64,000 bases of DNA from an uncultured Chloroflexia bacterium (lineage in GTDB: Bacteria > Chloroflexota > Limnocylindria > Limnocylindrales > CSP1-4), in assembly GCA_963720755.1 (NCBI GenBank), contig CAVRGP010000008.1, forward strand, positions 32,001-96,000. The letters are read 5' to 3'. Both the position numbers and the translations under genes were made by a program. The first letter of the stretch is position 1; each line of letters begins with the position of its first letter. Below the pieces are notes generated by a model, which was given only the letters and a program-made list of their open reading frames with translations, did not search any database and was not told the DNA's origin. Shown here one piece after another: positions 60,799 through 64,000 of the stretch.

Positions 60799-60802
60799 CC
60801 AG

Positions 60803-60892
60803 TCAGACGACTCCGAGTCGTTCGTACAGCTCACGGTAGCGTCGGCCGTTGCCGGCCCAGGTTCGCTCACGAACGATCCATTGGCGTCCGAC
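60803..60892 (-). pseudogene. Probable 3' remnant of a GT4 glycosyltransferase
   Basis: VGRQWIVRERTWAGNGRRYRELYERLGVV* resembles the GT4 C-terminal helix; no N-terminal part present. Confidence 0.55.
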
Positions 60893-60941
60893 CGCGCTCT
60901 CGATGGTCGAGACGCCGCACGCCAACCTATACTCGGCCCTC

Positions 60942-62039
60942 ATGTCCCGGATCGACCTGCGCAGCGACACCGTCACCCATCCATCGCCGGCGATGCGTCG
61001 GGCGATGGCCGATGCCGAGCTGGGTGATGACGTCTTCGGCGACGACCCGACGGTCAACGCCCTTGAGGAGCGAGCGGCCGACCTGCTCGGCAAGGAAGCC
61101 GGCCTGTTCGTCGCCAGTGGCACGATGGGCAACCTTGTCGCCCAGATGGCCCACCTTGCCCGCGGCCAGGAGACGATCGCCGGCCGTGAGCACCACATGG
61201 TCATCGACGAAGCCGCCGGTCACGCGGTCATCGTCGGCGCAAGCATGCGAGCCCTCGAAGATCGACCGGACGGAACCGTCGACCCGGCTGAGATCGAGGC
61301 TGCCTTCCGGGATCCAAGCGATCCCCACGAACCGATCACCGGCCTCATCACCATCGAGAACACGCATGCCCATTCGATGGGTCAGCCGCTGACCCCCGCC
61401 TACACCGCCCAGGTAGCCGAGATCGCTCACCGGCACGGCGTCCCCCTCCATATCGACGGCGCTCGGTTCTGGGACGCCGTCGTCGCCCAGGGACTCGCAC
61501 CGACGGACCTGTCCGGTCCGGCCGACACGGTGTCGTTCTGCCTGTCGAAGGGTCTCGCCTGCCCGGTCGGTTCGGTCGTCGTCGGCACGCGGGACGTCAT
61601 CTGGCGCGCACGCCGGGCCCGCAAGATGGTCGGTGGCGGGATGCGCCAGGCGGGCGTCCTCGCCGCGGCCGGACTGGTGGCCCTGTCGGACGGCCCGGAC
61701 GGGATGATCGAGCGCCTCGCCGAGGATCACGCCAATGCCCGACGCCTGGCCGAGGGTCTGGCCGGGCTGCCCGGGATCGTGGCGGCCGGTGGCACCGCCC
61801 AGCCGACCGATCCGGAGCGTCCGGATCCGCTCGACCCCGGCCGTGTGCACACCAACTTCGTGCTGTTCCGGGTCCTGCGCGATCGAGCTGCGTTCCTCGC
61901 GGCATTGCGCGAGCGAGGCGTCGAGATGGTGGAGTATCCCCACGATCAGGTCCGCGCCGTAACCCACTATGGGGTGACAGCCGCCGACATCGATACCATC
62001 GTCAACGCCGCGCGGGCGGCCCTCGAGGAGACCGCCTGA
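60942..62039 (+). CDS. ltaE: Low-specificity L-threonine aldolase
   Basis: IDLRSDTVT, GDDV..DPTV, SGTMGN, ENTH, HIDGAR, CLSKGL.CPVGS, GGMRQAG. Confidence 0.92.
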   Translation: MSRIDLRSDTVTHPSPAMRRAMADAELGDDVFGDDPTVNALEERAADLLGKEAGLFVASGTMGNLVAQMAHLARGQETIAGREHHMVIDEAAGHAVIVGASMRALEDRPDGTVDPAEIEAAFRDPSDPHEPITGLITIENTHAHSMGQPLTPAYTAQVAEIAHRHGVPLHIDGARFWDAVVAQGLAPTDLSGPADTVSFCLSKGLACPVGSVVVGTRDVIWRARRARKMVGGGMRQAGVLAAAGLVALSDGPDGMIERLAEDHANARRLAEGLAGLPGIVAAGGTAQPTDPERPDPLDPGRVHTNFVLFRVLRDRAAFLAALRERGVEMVEYPHDQVRAVTHYGVTAADIDTIVNAARAALEETA

Positions 62040-63719
62040 TGACCGACCTCCCGTCCCCCAAGCTGCTCCCGAGGCCCCCGTCCAGGGCCGACGCCGGACC
62101 GCTCGACGAACCCTTCTACGACCTCGTCGAGGCCCGGTTCCAGCGGGTCGTCCGCGAGGACCCGGTCTATGCCACGGGGATCGGCCTGCACCAGGACGAC
62201 GACCTCCTCGGCGATGGCAGCCGGGAAGCCGTCCTGGGGGAACTCGAGGCGGACCGGCGGCACCTGGCGGAGGTCGAACGGCTCGACGACGCGGGCCTAT
62301 CGGTCGCGGCCCGGTTCGACCGCGACCTGGAGGTCCACAACGTCCGGCAGGCCATCTTCCGAGCGGACGAGCTCCGAATCTGGGAGCGGCGTTCGTTCGC
62401 CCTGGACCACGTCGGCGACGGCCTCTTCCTCCTTTTCGCGCGAGATCATGCGCCGCTGGAGGAGCGCCTCGACGCGCTGGCCGGACGGATGGAAGCGATC
62501 GCCACCTATCTGGAGGAAGCGAAGACCCGGGCGACCGTTCCGCAGGTCAGGTTCTGGCAGCAGATCGAGATCGACACGGCTGCGCAACTGCCGCTGTTCC
62601 TCGACGAGATCGTCGCGGCCGGGGCGGGCACGCTGGCTCCCGCCGAGCAACGCCGCCTGGAACGCGCGGGCGAGAGCGCCAAGATCGCCGTCGAGCTGTA
62701 CTCGGCCTGGCTCGAGGGCACGCTCGAGGCGGGGACGGACGAATGGGCCATCGGCCGCGAGCGGCACGATGCGATGGTCGCCTTGCGGGCCTTCGACGGG
62801 CTCGACGGTGACGACATCCTGGCGCTCGGCTGGGAGCGCCTCCACGAGGAGCGGGCGGCCCGGGTCGCGGCAGCTCGCGAGATCGATCCGGGCGCCGACG
62901 AGGCGACGGTCATCGGACGGGTGAAGGGCGATCAGCCGGCGACCTTCGACGACGCGCTCGCCGCGTATCGAAGCGCGATGCTGCGCGCCCGTCAGCATCT
63001 CATCGACCACGATCTGGTCACGGTCCCGGACGACGAGCGGATCGACATCGTGGCGACCCCGGAGTACCTCAGGAACGTCATCCCGTTCGCGGCCTATTTC
63101 GAGCCTGCGATCTTCGACCCGCAACCCAAGGGCATCTACGTGGTGACGCCGTCGGTCGGTGGCGACCCGGACGCGATGCGCGAGCACAACCTGGCCTCGA
63201 TCAGCAACACGAGCATCCATGAGGCGTATCCCGGCCACCATCTCCAACTCGATGCGGCCCGCCGGAACCCCTCGCTGACTCGGCTCCACGACCGATGCAC
63301 CCGAGTTCGTCGAGGGCTGGGGGATGTACTCGGAGCTGATGATGCGGGAGCACGGTTTCGACGACGGACCGGCCTTCCGGATCGCGCTCCATACGGACGC
63401 CATCTGGCGCGCCTGCCGGATGATCCTGGACGTCCGGATGCATCGGGGTGAGATGACCATCGACGAAGCAGTCGACTTCATGGTCGACCAAACGAGCTTC
63501 CAGCGGTCGAACGCCCGGGCCGAAGTCAGCTGGTACACGTATCGGCCCACCTACCCGCTGTCCTATCTCCTGGGGCGGACCCTGCTCCTCAGCCTCCGCT
63601 CGGACGAACAGCGCCGGCGCGGCGATGGGTTCAGCCTGAAAGGGTTCCACGACGCGCTGCTGCGCAACGGTTCGCTGCCGGTCTCCTTCCATCGCCGGCT
63701 GCTGGCGATGGAGGACTGA
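62039..63719 (+). pseudogene. DUF885-family protein, +1 frameshift near 63288
   Basis: HEAYPGHHLQ in one frame; TDAPEFVEGWGMYSE, RACR..LD, P.YPLSY..G, FHDALL..G in the next frame; may be an assembly error. Confidence 0.85.
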
Positions 63720-63726
63720 TCGGATC

Positions 63727-64000
63727 GTGCAGGTCATCCCCGCGATCGACCTCGAGGGCGGACGTTCGCGGGTCGTGTTCTGGCCCGGCGCCGGCGCGGG
63801 CATCGGCGCGCCGACCGACCGGCCCGACCGGATCGCCGAGCGCTTCGGAGCCATGGGCGCCCGTTTGATCCACCTCGTCGACTTCGATGGGGCGAGAGCC
63901 GGAGTGCCGGCCAACCTCGAGGCGATCGGTGCGATCGCGGCGCGGGTCGCCGTCCCGCTCCAGGTCGCCGGCGGCGTCGACTCGGCGGACGGGATCCGTC
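63727..64000 (+). CDS. hisA: HisA-family TIM-barrel isomerase, N-terminus (runs off window)
   Basis: Manual translation MQVIPAIDLEGG...GARLIHLVDFDGA...N...LQVAGGV. Confidence 0.8.
   Translation, partial: MQVIPAIDLEGGRSRVVFWPGAGAGIGAPTDRPDRIAERFGAMGARLIHLVDFDGARAGVPANLEAIGAIAARVAVPLQVAGGVDSADGIR

Overview
High-GC bacterial chromosomal window, very gene-dense, with no phage, transposase, integrase or CRISPR array visible. Gene style suggests Chloroflexota or Actinomycetota, which is an inference. From left to right it holds: an Rrf2-sufC-sufS Fe-S operon; small orphan genes; an IclR-linked corrinoid methyl-transfer operon (corrinoid protein, DUF1638-like, MeTr, ASKHA activase, frameshifted MttB-family, MetF-like); a secreted beta-propeller; an aldehyde dehydrogenase; a nucleotidyltransferase-metallophosphoesterase-APC permease operon; an ABC importer with a HAD hydrolase; and a phycobiliprotein-like globin gene with DUF433, SufT and YccA. 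Further on are pabB/pabC, DmpA, rhodanese, an S41 protease, kamA, MMPL with an AttH-like protein, a Fur/Zur metal ABC operon, and a heme-b reductase with two coiled-coil proteins and ApbE. The end carries ribokinase, an SDR, an SdpR/SdpI/ABC module, a CoA-transferase, a PIG-L deacetylase, CapA, tRNA-Asp, a nucleotide-sugar dehydrogenase, threonine aldolase, a frameshifted DUF885 gene and a partial hisA. The best candidates for undescribed systems are (1) the ApbE cluster whose probable FMN acceptor is a bare TGAS tail on a coiled-coil stalk, (2) the NTase/phosphoesterase/APC trio, and (3) the phycobiliprotein-like globin lacking the bilin Cys. All family calls come from motif recognition by eye; no database searches were run.
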